Assembly: GCF_964204645.1 (NCBI RefSeq) | Contig: NC_134025.1 | Coordinates: forward strand, 20,869,101-20,933,100 | Length of the DNA stretch: 64,000 nucleotides | Source: Tubulanus polymorphus | Taxonomy: Eukaryota; Animalia; Nemertea | Direction of reading: 5' to 3' | In this document: one piece after another, positions 26,301 through 39,520 of the stretch | Numbering within the stretch: the first letter of the stretch is position 1 | Layout: each line of letters begins with the position of its first letter | Translations under genes and position numbers: made by a program | Notes under the pieces: generated by a model | What the model was told of the DNA's origin: nothing | Databases searched by the model: none | Seen by the model: the letters and a program-made list of their open reading frames with translations, nothing else

Positions 26301-29300
26301 ATTGAATTGGATTGAATTTATTACCTATACACGTAATACATCACAATCTCTGTATTCATTTCATCCGTGGTAGGTGAATATTTCTGGGTTTTCTATTCAC
26401 GAGCATTGCATCAAACGTATTGTTTTTTACCTCCTCCCTGGCCGGCATCGAAATACGTACTTTGTTCTGATGAAGACCAATGGCTCATTTCCTATCAAAC
26501 ATGTCCTCTGGGCAACATAGATTATTTACTTGATGTACGTATCCATTATACGACTTTCAGCTCTGATTGCAGGCTGAAAATTACCTGGAATTTACTCTCG
26601 TCTGCATCGACATAAAAGCAGTTTTTTACCATCAGATCATAAAACATCCATTTATTTGTCAATGCTCGCTATAGTGGATGAAAATCAATTTCAAGTTCCG
26701 TTTTTTTTTGTCGCAAGCTATATCTCGCTGTAAAATGAAGTAATAATAAGCGACAACGAAATTTTTTCTTGGGACTGAATATTCTATTCGTTGTAACCAT
26801 TATTTCAGCGATGTTATGTCGTTACATTGTATCTCACGAGAGCTCTACGAAATAAAAAAACATTTCGAATGTATCTAAAATCTTTTTACAAGTTTACGCA
26901 TGACAAGAACCACTAGATTCTATACTTACACACCGATCAATCATTTATTCAAACTGTCGACGTATAAATGAATGAGCGTGGAATTTGAAAACAATTCGGA
27001 GTTTTTCTGCGAGTCTAGCTGATGAAGATGATTGCTTTCTGACACCACCGCGTTTTCGAGAAGGGAAAAAACTAAACATATAGCCGTCGAGAATCTATCG
27101 AAAATGCCATCACGTATACATGATTTCATGGCAATTATCCATGGTAAATTGTGAAATTCTATGAAAAATATGATAACGTTATCGAGAATTCAGACTTTTT
27201 GTTACAGTAGTAAAATACCGACTAATAGGAAGTTATTATATGCCTCTATAGGTGTTAGGCGTTCTTGTCACGTAAAACCATTGACGAAATTCACGAACCC
27301 CCGAGAATGACGTACAATGAAGCCATCAACTTTTACGTCGAGCCTTTCACACTCCCCCGGCGCACCGAAACGCACTGAAACAGAAATTCCAGAAATTGAT
27401 GTTCACAAGCCATGACTTGACTACATTTCAGTAGCGTTCCATTATTCATTCTTGTGATACTGTTGGGATCTTCATCAAAGATTCCAATACGACCAATATA
27501 CACGGGAAGATTTTATTTGACATTTACACTTCAATTTTTAACGTCGTTATGGTGTAAAATGCTATCGATGGCTAGCCGCGTCGATTTCCGGGGAAGTAAT
27601 AATGTAAAATGTCCCGAAGGAAATTCCTGCTTAGGTTTCACCGCGACGCAGAAGGCCTTGATCAATCCCCGGCATGGCATATTAAATTCCTAGCAAAGCC
27701 AAAATAACTGGATACAACCGGAGTCTGATTGAAATTGTCATTCTACCTTTTTTCACGGCGCGTTACAAATGTCCTTACGTCGTACAACGGGACCTGTGCG
27801 ATATGTATACATTCATTAAAAAACCCATTCGCGTGGCTTTCTCAAATGGTCTCCACTTTTTGCGCGTACTATTTCGAGTGTTTGTCGGGTTGATAATAAA
27901 TAACAAGCATGAGTTGCAGCGAATCGAAAAGAAATAACTCAGCGACACATATCTACGTCGGTTCTGGTCATAAAGATCGACGCCTGATTACCCGACTACA
28001 GATGAAAATCACAATTTCCCGAATTATCGTGCCGCGGGAAATTCATATTCATCATCGTTCGCACGCCATGAACGTCAATAGAAACTGTAGGCAATGACAT
28101 TAAGCGTCCCAGAAGTCAGCTTTTCCCTATCACTATCGCCATCGCTCGTGACAATCAAGACCAGAAAACGGTCCGTTGTTTTATTGGACTTGCGAGTAAT
28201 TTGTTTGTTGGCTCAAAATATTTTATACGTTAAGCCCCGAGGATGCTAAGCCATCTTGTCAGATTTTATGGTTACAAATTCACCATCGGCATCATTTCGT
28301 ATGGCCAACAGACGGTGAGAGATTCAGCGAAAACGTCGAAACTAATGAAAGTTTTGCTTTGCTGATTCCGGAGTGCCATTATTTCGTCCCTATCAACAAT
28401 TCCGTTCGCAGTTCCGAATAATGAATCGCTGCTCGCACAATGGGGCGTCATCCCTCGAAACAAAACGCAGCTGTGATTGGATTATTTGTATTTTCACTTT
28501 GAGTGTCTCTTGTAACGTATGTGTGGTGTGCGTATGAGAGCAAGAATGTGGTAGGTGTGGTGTGAGGGATTTTAGACAAGCCTTTTTGGCTTTTCTTCAA
28601 TTCCTCGCACAAATTATTGCTACACTGACTATATACTGTATTATACCATGTAATTATCATTTTCCATCTATTATAATCCCTTTACCAACTATTTATGCAA
28701 AATAAATCAAATCAAATTGTGTGCTCCGAGGAATTTCGCGGTTTATCGAGGGCCACGTTCTGCTTAGCGTTCCAAACTTCATTATCGGACTTTCTCAATA
28801 AAGGGATCAACCTACAATAAGATTTAAAAAACTAGGAGAGATGTTTTTGGACTCAAATCTATGAGCCATTTTCAAAATCTGACAGTGACCTGTCTGTGGA
28901 GACCAACGAACTTTCTCAAAATATTCCACATTGGTTTCAAGTGCCCTGGCGCGTCGTCGACTCACGACTTACACGTCATCGCTGTTTCCTTTCTGCTCCG
29001 ACGGAGAGCGTCGATATCCACATTTCATATCGTGGGCCGGCGGGACTCGTAGAGAACATAACGCGATCAAACTGCATATCTTCTAATCTAATTAATCGCG
29101 GCGTCTTTAGCGTAATTCAATTGAAAGTTAATGACTGTCGCGGTGATGAACACGCCAGTAAGGACCTCTAATTCGGAGGGAAACAATGTTAAAATGATAC
29201 GCACGAGTCCGAAGCAGGATAACTGAATTTATTTACAGTATCCGTGGATGTTTATCTATCATGTAGTTAATGATACAACTGGATCGGAGCGGAGCGTAAA

Positions 29301-32300
29301 ACTACTTTCGTATTTTCTGAAATTTCCCAATAGGCTCTACTCATTGTCAACTATTCCTTGTGCGTACATTCCTTGTTCATTCATACCTTTATCTACAATT
29401 TGGGCTAATACATACACACACAGTGGGACCAGACTTAAAATTCACAATCAATCATCTTCGATACATCAAACGGAACCAAAACCTGTGGACTAGATTCATG
29501 TCGATATCAGATCGCCTCGGGTATATCCTTTCATCTCGCACGAAAAAAATCTTCAAGTTAATCCATAAATGTGGGAACCATCCAACTGCTTATGACAATA
29601 ACCATTCACGGCACGTGATTCGACCCTCTGACATTGGTCTCTTGTGTCTCCCAACGCAAATACTATGGCGAGAATTTCTATTCAGAAGATCCCCTTACGG
29701 AATCGTGGTGAGCAGAATTTTACGACACATAACTGCTCATTTCTCTCGGAATTTTTATGGCTCGCTTGTGGATCCTTTTAAGTACTTTTGAGATACTACC
29801 TTCCGCGTTCGAATTATCGACAGACCGCAGTGGCAAAAACTGAAAATTGACTACTTATTACATAACGTCTGGAAAAGACTGCTTCCGATGGTTTCCCCCG
29901 GAATATGTCTGTTTAGGCGTATATTTATCGATATGAGTCTGATCAATCACTGACATGAGCATAATTAACGTATTCATCATTTTGCTGATAACCTAGCTTC
30001 CATACAATAATTGATAGGCTTTCTACATCACTCCCGCAACCATACATATATTACCCTGAAAACCATCGGTCGTAATACTGTAATTGTAATACTGCGTAAT
30101 CACTGTGTCGGTGGATGGCTGGTGAGGTTTAGCAAGGAGTAGGTGAAAAGGTCGGCAATGGGTTACACATTTGAACTTAGCTGTAGGCTGGAAAGTCGAT
30201 GGTCATCTAGAGTATATATCCGTGAATTTATGCCGTTGCATCATTATTACCAGTTTTGATGGCACTTAAACTCATTGTAGCACTTAAAGGATTTATGCAC
30301 ATATCGCCTGATAGCAGTAGTCTGTATCCTCAAGCAACATTTAATGGCATTCAGAATGCTTCGTCTGACGATATCCTGGTTCCGTATACATCACCGTCGC
30401 TTTTCCCGAGCTTGTCCAGTTCCCTAGAAACTTTTCAGACTAATTCTCATTGGAAATATGAAGAGTCAAACTGGACCATTGTTCATTCGGTACTTTTTTT
30501 ACGATCAACCACCAGTTTGGTTCCCTTCTATCGTTGCATCGCCGTGTCCATTACCAAGAGAACAGCTATGCAAACCCAATTGGTTAAACTATTACGGACT
30601 ATTTCGATTTAGAGTCCATGGTTAAACTCACATGAACCTGTGTTTTCGGTTTTCGGTATAGATTCGACTCTAAGGTTAAAACATTGGAAAAATGAGGAGT
30701 CGAACTTAATCAGAAATATTTTGGAACAGGGCCGGTATCATATTTATCATCACATGATTTTTTCAAAGTCTGTTCAGCTTTGTCTTCTATATAAATACCA
30801 CTATGATATGGAAATTTAATCCCTTGCGCTATGTCTGAAGAGGGTAAAATGTAACTCCCGAAAACGTTTGCTAGAATAAATTTCTATACTTATTAGAAAA
30901 TGAAATATGTACTGTTTTTTGCTTCTATAGATTTTCACCTACTTGAACTCTCTACCAAAGATCTGTTCAGCATTCTTTTACAGGATATAGTTTGACAAAT
31001 ATTTCCCGAGCTCAAATTCTCGCACAATCCGTAGACATATATGATAAAATATTTGACGGGCTTAATTCTTTTAAATCCCAGCAAGCAACTACTGATAAAC
31101 TGAAGGATTTTGCTGCTGGGTCTCAAGAACATTAGAGGAGATAAACAGGCATGCACATATTATTCTGCCTAGAAAATGAAACACAATTTTCCTATTTATG
31201 AATTTGTTTGCTACACACACAAATTGACTTCGACAGTATTCAGCTGTCATCTGTTCTTTCACATGAAAATATTGATATACGATATATTCGTAAAACGTGC
31301 TGTGATTCACTGGCAATAAGCATATAAGAAACCGGCGTATACGATCTCTTCTTCTGGTACCGAGAAGATAATGCGCTGCTATACGGAACGCGTTCTAAGT
31401 TTAATAAGCGAATATAAGACGAATTGACCGGAATACCCAGACAGAGGAAATTATAGTAATTAATCTATTTTATCTCGCGAGTTACGATGACATGGATTAG
31501 GGATATTAAGAGATCGATTTGTTTTATCGGGGCGAATCGTCGGTCGTAAATTGCCCCGACACACCGCCGATAAAACAATTTCGTCTATTCAACAGTAGCT
31601 AACTGCAACAGTAAAGCCACCCGAACACTAAAAGCCATTTCTTTAATCAAATGTTGATAGAACTACGCCACGCGCGCAAGAACATCCATCATTTTGCTTC
31701 GACGTCGATTGCATTGTACGCGCTAAATGCGTTCCGATTTCTGCACCGGGAAGCAAGGTCTTACGTAACCGGAAAATATCAATCCAGCGTCGGCGTTGTT
31801 ATGGCGTGTTTGTTTTTTGTCGATGGTGTACTATTTGCGGAAACAGTGACGTACGCGGTATTTCATCATATCGATTAAATTCAGAAAACATCGCCATACT
31901 TCCGAAAGACTATACGGGTGGTCCAGAGATTCGACGATTATTCGACGGTGACCGAACATGGAGAACTACGGTCGTATAAAAATGCATCGTCTTCTCAAAC
32001 GATGGGAGCGAACTCATTCCTCGAAAACGTTTGACAAATCCGGCCATTCGAGAAAAGACCCTCATTAATTTGTCTTTAGGCGTTGCACACGTGTGCGAAA
32101 AGAAATTGTAACTCCAGTCCATGTGCTTTACGACCTCGTGCTGAAATTCATGTTATAGAAATGCCCCTGTAACTTATTTCATATCTATTTTTGAATGTTA
32201 AATTGTTATGTGCAAATATTCGAACGGAATTGCAAATAATTCTATTTAGCTTCGAAGCTTCGTTCGTCTGTCTACTTGTGCGCTATGGCTGTGTGCTTGC

Positions 32301-32324
32301 GTTTTATTCTTTAACAAATACCCT

Positions 32325-32486
32325 CAACCCACTGAGCGCCACGCAGGGCACTGGATGTTTCTTTTTCCCAATTGGGGATAGACCTTCGACCAAGAAAGAA
32401 CCTTCGACCAAGAAACCCTGAACCCATGAACCTTGGACTGATGTGACCAGTGACCGGCGGCTTAAACCACTCTACCACTGCGCCTC
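32325..32486 (-). mobile_element. tRNA-derived SINE fragment (second family)
   Basis: Minus strand GAGGCGCAGTGGTAGAGTGGTTTAAG...GGGTTCAGG. Confidence 0.55.
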
Positions 32487-34659
32487 TTACGTTGAACGTT
32501 GCGTGGATGCTTCTACAATGTAGTATAATATTGGTGATGCGGCTTAGATAGACCGATCCAGTCTCTCCGCGTGCAGCCCCATTATTCCGTTACAATCTTT
32601 CTTCACTATATCATTCCTTTGTAGAATGTCCGATAATGTAACTTCGTAATGAAAATAAATTTCAGTTTCAAATTCGATTTCTTTGTAGACGAAGAATCTT
32701 TCCATCTATCTCTCTATAGACTCGAAACATCTTTTCCGATATTCATCCATTGAGACCTCCGAGATCCCGTGGTTGTGATTTCTGAATAATATGAAAATCG
32801 AATTACTGATGTTCGGTTGAAATACATCCATTACATCTTTCTGCTTGGGATCATCACAGAACGCTTTTGCCAATAACTAGCATGGCAGGTCAGGTACGTC
32901 TTGCCGGGGAAGTTATGCTTAAAATGAAGACGCTTTCTTTTTTCTATTTCCATCCAATTATTATTTACTCCATGTTGCTTCAATCATTCTTTGATGATAC
33001 AAAGTCGTCTGAACCACTCCGCCGAAGTTGATGACATAAGATAAACCGCGGGCGATTTTATTAATAACTTTTAGAGTCTTTTTTTCGTGTTTGACAACCG
33101 TTCGGGATCAGCTACCGGATAAAACCGCGCTCCTGGATTGATTGATCTGTACACGTTGTGTTTCACTTGGCTTTTATCAAGATGAACTTCCAAATAAAAA
33201 GATTCAGAAGTTTTTTGACTTGGTGTATAGTGCAATTCGTGCTAATCACTGCCAACAATACAAAGTAAGAGGGTTTTTTGGAGGAACTTGGAGTAATATT
33301 TCGATGTTTCGGTAACAAAAGTTGACTATAATACCGCTACGAGGACTTTCCTTGATTCTATATCATGTCGAATGTATACGTAATGCAACGCATATAGGAA
33401 ACAGGCTTTTAACTTCGACCCACAGAGATTTGATTAAGCGTAAGAATATGAAAATGATCTTAAATGTCAAATGATCTCCCTTTGTCCATTCAATACATAT
33501 TTGTAAAACAATAGTAAACAAGTCGACTAAAATCCTCAAGGAATTGAATTTGGGTCGAATAAGCGATCAAGTTTTTACAGTTTTTAAGTTTCTCCGCGGA
33601 TATGCTTTTACATCATCTGAATAAACCGCGATTTACTTACGTACCACAAAAGTAGCGTTGCTACAAAAACCCATGCTTGCTTTCTATCTAGTCAACACGC
33701 GGGAAAATCAACTTAGAGGACTTTTACATCAACATCTACCCGAGAAAAAACTACAATTAACCATCGGACTATCTACACGTCAAGCCAAGAAAATTCACCC
33801 CAATCAGTCGCTTGCCGGTTCAGACTGAATGGAAGATTGTTTGAATGAACTGGAACCGAATTTCCCAATAATGTACTCCGATTTAAACAAAAAACTTTTG
33901 TTAACTCGACCGCCGATCACACAACTATATCTGTACTTCGATTTCCGATTTCAAAATCAAATCCCCTGTTTGGCTCCCGGCAGGTGTGGTGGGTCTGTAA
34001 GGGACACTCAATCAAAAAAGTCAAACGAGATTTACCAACCAAATAAATAACAGGGACAAAAAAACCCATTCTCGCCATTGTAATCTTTGAGGGTTAATTT
34101 CTTAGAGAATAGAACTGGTGCATCGGGGAGACAGACAATATGAGTGCGGCGGCAGACACCCGATCGAAGCTGTAACGGATACGGAGGTCAGGGCGCCTTC
34201 CCTAGAAGACCTGCAAGAATAGTGACAAGGCGACGATTTTCTAAGGGTTTGGCCTCAAGGGTATGAAAACGCCATATTTTTATTTCTCAAAGAATGCTTT
34301 AGCGTGAAATTCTCGGGATCACCATATGGCTACGTGCTCCAAAATCAAATGACTTTTAGCGTACGCAATGAAATTGTTACAAAAAGGCGTGATGTCGCTT
34401 TTAAGAATCAAAACGTCATCGAGTCACACTCTCTGGTGATGAGCGACTAAGAAAGAAAAGTTTACCGTTAATGTCAAGTGAACTATACTTGATGTTTACG
34501 GTACCAGATAGTTATGACCACATAAACCTTTGATTGAAATTTAGCTGAGTTGTTCCTTGTTTTTCGACTAGAGAAAATGATTGCGTAGTTAAACGCTATT
34601 TGATGTATTGAAATTATGTATACTGTCATATACTGCTTGATATGTGTCTCCTGTTTATT

Positions 34660-34733
34660 CGTGTGTGTGTGTGTGCGTGTGGGTGCGTGCGTGCATGCGT
34701 GCATGCGTGTGTGTATGTTCGCGTGTGCGTGCA
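34660..34733. repeat. (GT/GC)n microsatellite
   Basis: gtgtgtgt...gtgcgtgcatgcgt run. Confidence 0.8.
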
Positions 34734-35712
34734 TTTTTCGAGTTAGGGGGCCCGGATTCGTATAAGTCACTTTTTGACTTCTCTGGGTCTCCTGCATTTT
34801 CATAATTGCGCTACATTTAAAAAAAAAATCACACGAAACCCTGTAAATTTTTCTATTTTATAATGTAATTTTGAAATGCAAAATAAATTCAATATTCAAT
34901 ATAAAATGTGTGTACATTCCATTATATTAGGTGGCTATAAGACCAAAAGATACCCGTAGAATCATGGATGAATATATGATATATTTCAAAAAAGAAAATT
35001 GGGAGCCGACGAATAATTAGGATCTGTATGCTAACAAAAAATGACAGATTAATTTCATGACCACGAAACGGCCGATAAATGGACTGTACTCTGATTTATC
35101 AATCCAATTGATTTGTCATATTTGATAATCGCTAAAATCGATCGATCAGTGTCATGAAAGCCAGCTAGATTCATTTTCTTATTTCGTCGTTTTTCTAACC
35201 TTTGTCACCGAAACGCGTCTTCATGTCGCCGATCAGTCTGACGGGCACAGGCAGTGTCCGAATTTTTCATCGAACAGTATAGGGTTTCTGATGCCTAGTA
35301 GCTACACTAAAAGGGAAATTGCCCATCGGATGGTGGACTATTGTATACCCGACAAGAGATAAGATAAGCTGACTTCGGACCGCACGCTAGCGTCATCTAC
35401 CTTGCAGGCAACGGGGCGCTCATTGGTTACCCACCAGCCAATCAGATCCCCTTTCTCTGTGTCTCTTTCTCTTCCAATAGAACGCAAATACTTCCAAGAC
35501 ATCTAAAACTTCTTATCATCACAGCCTTATCTTTATCCTTTCAAATATCAACTTATTGTTTTCTTAAACACTGTACAAATAACTTTCATACACGTATATG
35601 TACATACGATAATGCATTTTATGTAAAACTCGACAATTGATAAGTAATACCAGAGAGTTGGTAATATTGAGCAATATTGGGCATTGAGCATTGACATATT
35701 TCGATGTTAGGG

Positions 35713-37047
35713 TCATGCAATAGCCGATACTGGCTTTGGCTCATCGACTATTTCGTCAAGATGCAATGGCTTTAAGCTGGGCGTCGACGAGATGTGAAAT
35801 TCGTGGGCCTTTTCCAGCGCTTCTTTGTACTGTGTCGTAAGTTCGAGTTTTAACGTGATAACTTTCGCGTCAACCATTTTGTCGAGCGCCGATGGTCGTC
35901 TGATTTGTTCGAATTGTTCGGGAATACACGAGGACCGACGTCTACACACGTTTGTAGCCAGCACTCTCGCTTGATTGACCGTATGTACGAAGTCGTTCTT
36001 ATGCGGGTCGTTGGACGGTAGAGTGCGGCGTATTCGACTCGTCCGTCGTTCTTCCAGTGGTACTTTCGGCGGCATATCGTCCGAAAACGTATCCTCATCG
36101 TCATCATCGGGACCTTCAAAGATTTCCTTTTCCTCTTTGAGCAACGAATCCCATTCGCCGGTTTCAACTACCGATTTTCTTTTGTTGCCCATCGATAAGC
36201 CGTTGAGAGATACCGTCTCGTTGGCGCTGTTGTCTTCGCCGACGGAAAGACGAGGTGATACATTCGTTTTACTCTTGCGACGAGTCAAGATTTTAGCGCT
36301 GCTTCGCCGTCTGGTGTCAATTTTACCGCGACAACGTTCTGCATCTTCCGTACAACTTTCGGATTTAATACCAGAATCATTGACATGCTGATTTTCATGA
36401 GTTATTTCACCTTTGCATGGATCTTCGTCGTTGGTAAATCGTACAACTGAAATTCTTCTCGTTAATTTATCATCGCTTTTAGCTACAGTATTCGGAATAA
36501 GATTGTTCACGCTATTTTTTCTTATTTTGATAATTTCGCCCGGAACCTCGACGACTATGGCTCCATTTTCGTTATCTGGCGTGTGCTCTTCAGACGCTTT
36601 GGTGCGTACCTTCTTAAGTACATCTTCCCAATTGGGAAACTTTTCGTTTCGGGTAATCGGGCATGATTGGGGACGTGTCGGGACGTCTGGCTGAACTCGA
36701 TGCGAAACGATGTGGCGATTGCCGGCCGACGTTGCCCGTCGAAACTTTCCGAATCGTCTGCTGATCACCCGATCGCCGTAAAGAAAACACGATCCTATCG
36801 TCTGTCGTTGATAGTCGGTTTCCCGGTCGGGAGGTAAACCTTCTGGGCTGTACCCGCTCGACGATCTGATAAACGCCATACTACGGTTCAGAGTGTATAT
36901 GTTTTGATTCGTGAGGCGTATGTTGTGCGACTTTTCTTTTTCGAAAAGAATTATTTGCTTGCGCAGTCGGTTCTCTTCGAAATTGTTCACGCGACATGCC
37001 TTTTGAATGCGGAGCGATTTACCAGGAGTGACGTCAAATTTATTCAT
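35713..37047 (-). CDS. Uncharacterised ~444-aa protein: N-terminal predicted coiled coil, then an R/K/S/D/E-rich, probably disordered region with many RRxS motifs
   Basis: 1.3-kb open frame in AT-rich DNA; first ATG at 37047 in CACACC-ATG context with an in-frame TGA upstream (37102-37104); likely acceptor near 37215. Confidence 0.8.
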   Translation of the reverse strand: MNKFDVTPGKSLRIQKACRVNNFEENRLRKQIILFEKEKSHNIRLTNQNIYTLNRSMAFIRSSSGYSPEGLPPDRETDYQRQTIGSCFLYGDRVISRRFGKFRRATSAGNRHIVSHRVQPDVPTRPQSCPITRNEKFPNWEDVLKKVRTKASEEHTPDNENGAIVVEVPGEIIKIRKNSVNNLIPNTVAKSDDKLTRRISVVRFTNDEDPCKGEITHENQHVNDSGIKSESCTEDAERCRGKIDTRRRSSAKILTRRKSKTNVSPRLSVGEDNSANETVSLNGLSMGNKRKSVVETGEWDSLLKEEKEIFEGPDDDDEDTFSDDMPPKVPLEERRTSRIRRTLPSNDPHKNDFVHTVNQARVLATNVCRRRSSCIPEQFEQIRRPSALDKMVDAKVITLKLELTTQYKEALEKAHEFHISSTPSLKPLHLDEIVDEPKPVSAIA

Positions 37048-37254
37048 GGTGTGAGATTTTTTACGCAAACAAAAACGAGGTCTGCCAAGTTCCCATACCT
37101 TTCACAGATATCAACGTTAAGCGTTAATCCTACTATTTGTTCCTCGGTTACAACTTGAGATATCTCTTATACGTAGGTATAGTGTTCCATATACGAGATC
37201 GGCATTTGTGAAACCTACGAAAAGAGGACGCAATATCTTATAATTTAATTAAAG

Positions 37255-37585
37255 AGTTTCCCACAATAAAAACGAAAAATAAAGTCCGAAAAAGTTTCCT
37301 TGAGCTGGTAGTTTATTAAACGTTTCAACCTTATCCTGATAGTCATCTTCAGGAATACTGTATTCCTGGACTAATCAGGATATAGTCGAAACGTTGAATA
37401 AACTACCGATACTGTTTTTCTGAAGATGACTTTTGGGATCAGTATTCTAGAAGTATTCTGAAGTATTAGAATCAATATTGACATGACATGATAATGATAT
37501 TGATATTAGAATTACAGTTGAGGCATCAAATAAACAACTAGCTCAAGGAAACATTTTCGGAGAGTTTTTTCGTGTCTCATTAAAT
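37255..37585. mobile_element. Palindromic repeat family D (copy 1) with degenerate hammerhead-like motifs on both strands
   Basis: Inverted arms TCCGAAAAAGTTTCCTTGAGCT / AGCTCAAGGAAACATTTTCGGA; inner symmetry centred at ~37359; matches 54102-54332. Confidence 0.7.
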
Positions 37586-39451
37586 TACTTATTTAACTGT
37601 CTTATTATTAGTTTTCACTGTAGAGAAAGCCAACCGTCCAAACGTGTTATTATCCATTGCCCAACTCACTGCCCAATCCTCATCACCTTCAAACCTCTCG
37701 ATGTAACTGTATCAAACCGTACATGTGGAGTTTAATTCTATGGATTCTATCGGAACGGCAATAGGGAACGGAAGCATCATGCCCGTCACAGATATTGAAA
37801 ATGTACCCTAAAATTCATTCCTTCTCTTTTTCTCGTAAAATACGGAGCAAATAAACTTTGAAAATTAGAAACTTGGGCCATTTTGAAGATTGAAGGCTGA
37901 CTAGGCTACTACATCATCGCATATGATTCCTCCGTTCTACTGTTGTTGTTTCGGAATCCAGACCAAACTTCACTTATATTAAGTTAAGATCGTTTAATTT
38001 ATAATGAGCAGGTATTTTAAGAATATGCTCCACAGGCCTTAGATGTATTCGTATTCAAATCATTGAGATGAATAAATATTGTAATTGGTCACTTACGCTG
38101 AATTAACAAGCAATTTTTCGAATCTGCTCAATACAATAACTGCACTTCTCTGGACTGCACCTTTTCGATTTCTTTATTCATTCTTTCCAATTATACATTC
38201 GAAATACCTTATCTCGAGCCAATCATCATCGATGGATTTTAATCAAACGCTCCGCACTTTTCATCGTATAAGTCAAGAAGATAAAACAAAATTATCAGTA
38301 ATCATCAGTAGACATCTTGGCGCTTAGTAAACGGTCATAAAAGTGAGTCCGCGACCGTCCGCAGTCATAGAAACAGCCCGAATAGGATTCGATCGAAGTT
38401 CAATTTGTTAGTAAACAGTATCGAGATGATCAGACTGTGATCTACGAAAACATGATATTCAAGTGATTTACGTTGTAGAATATCCGAGATATAAACATGT
38501 CAACCGCCGAGGTCGGTACGATGTTACCCGAGGAAGATTCGAGAAGGTTATCTCGACCCTTCATCTCGAACCGTTCTGATTTTCGCTTTCAGTCGGCACA
38601 TATGGTTTTCCAGTGACAGAACTCCATTGTTCAATAATTCTAATAACGTTCATGTATCACTAACATTGAGTGAAATTCCTTTCGTGCGGTCTACAAAGTA
38701 AACTGTTGCACTTGAACGAGAAACAACATTTCTGTGTACATAGACCTCGTGTCTTGTTCGCTGCAAACGCGCGTAACCGCTTTCTCTTTAAAACGCTGGA
38801 CAACCCTCCGTCTGTTTGTCGTTTCGTGTATTACCAAGTCGTGAGAACGTTTGGCTATAGTGTTATATAGAAATATCGCAGCGGTGTCTGTGATCCCCAG
38901 GTCAATGATTTATAAACCGAAGTGATTGATATCGAATATTCATATCGTACGAACGTACGATATCTGACTGTTGTTTGCCTGATTAATGCTGTAAACGTTT
39001 GTATCGATTGTTGTGCGTTGCAGGTTCAATATATACATATATATACAAATGGAAAGTTGCATTTCATTGTCCATGAATTATATATGCACAGAAAGATTTG
39101 ATTGTGTCCAATTGAATCTCGTACTAATGAGCGTTAACTAATTAGTAATCATATACGCCTATTTTAGTGATCAATTAACTGTCGGTTCGCTTACACGCGG
39201 TTCGAAACATCGTGATCATTATTTTTTTGCTTTTTGGATTAAAAAATTCTGATTTCTACTATGTATGAAAAACCGCGCAGATTCGTAACAAATAAGTGCT
39301 ACATATTTGCTTAATGAACTATAGATTAGAATTTGAAAAAATATGAAAGTGAGAACGAAGTGAGGTTTTAAACTCGGGAGGTCAGACACTCCTTGTCCTT
39401 TTGATATCATGATCACTTTTACCTCATTTTTTTCGGAATAGACGAAATTAC

Positions 39452-39520
39452 CTTCTGTTTTCGGTAATGTCTTCGATTAAAAGCTGATCTGGCGAGGATG
39501 TAGGCAAAGGTCATGATTTT
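39452..39520 (-). other. Probable 5' UTR exon of the 35.7-37.0 kb gene
   Basis: Polypyrimidine acceptor tctcttttcttcag and AAG|gtaatt donor. Confidence 0.5.

Noticed and set aside
34483-34803. His/Thr-rich 106-aa ORF
   Set aside because: Translation of a (CA/CG)n microsatellite
35850-37158. Alternative-frame and antisense ORFs over the 444-aa gene
   Set aside because: Shadow ORFs of the real CDS
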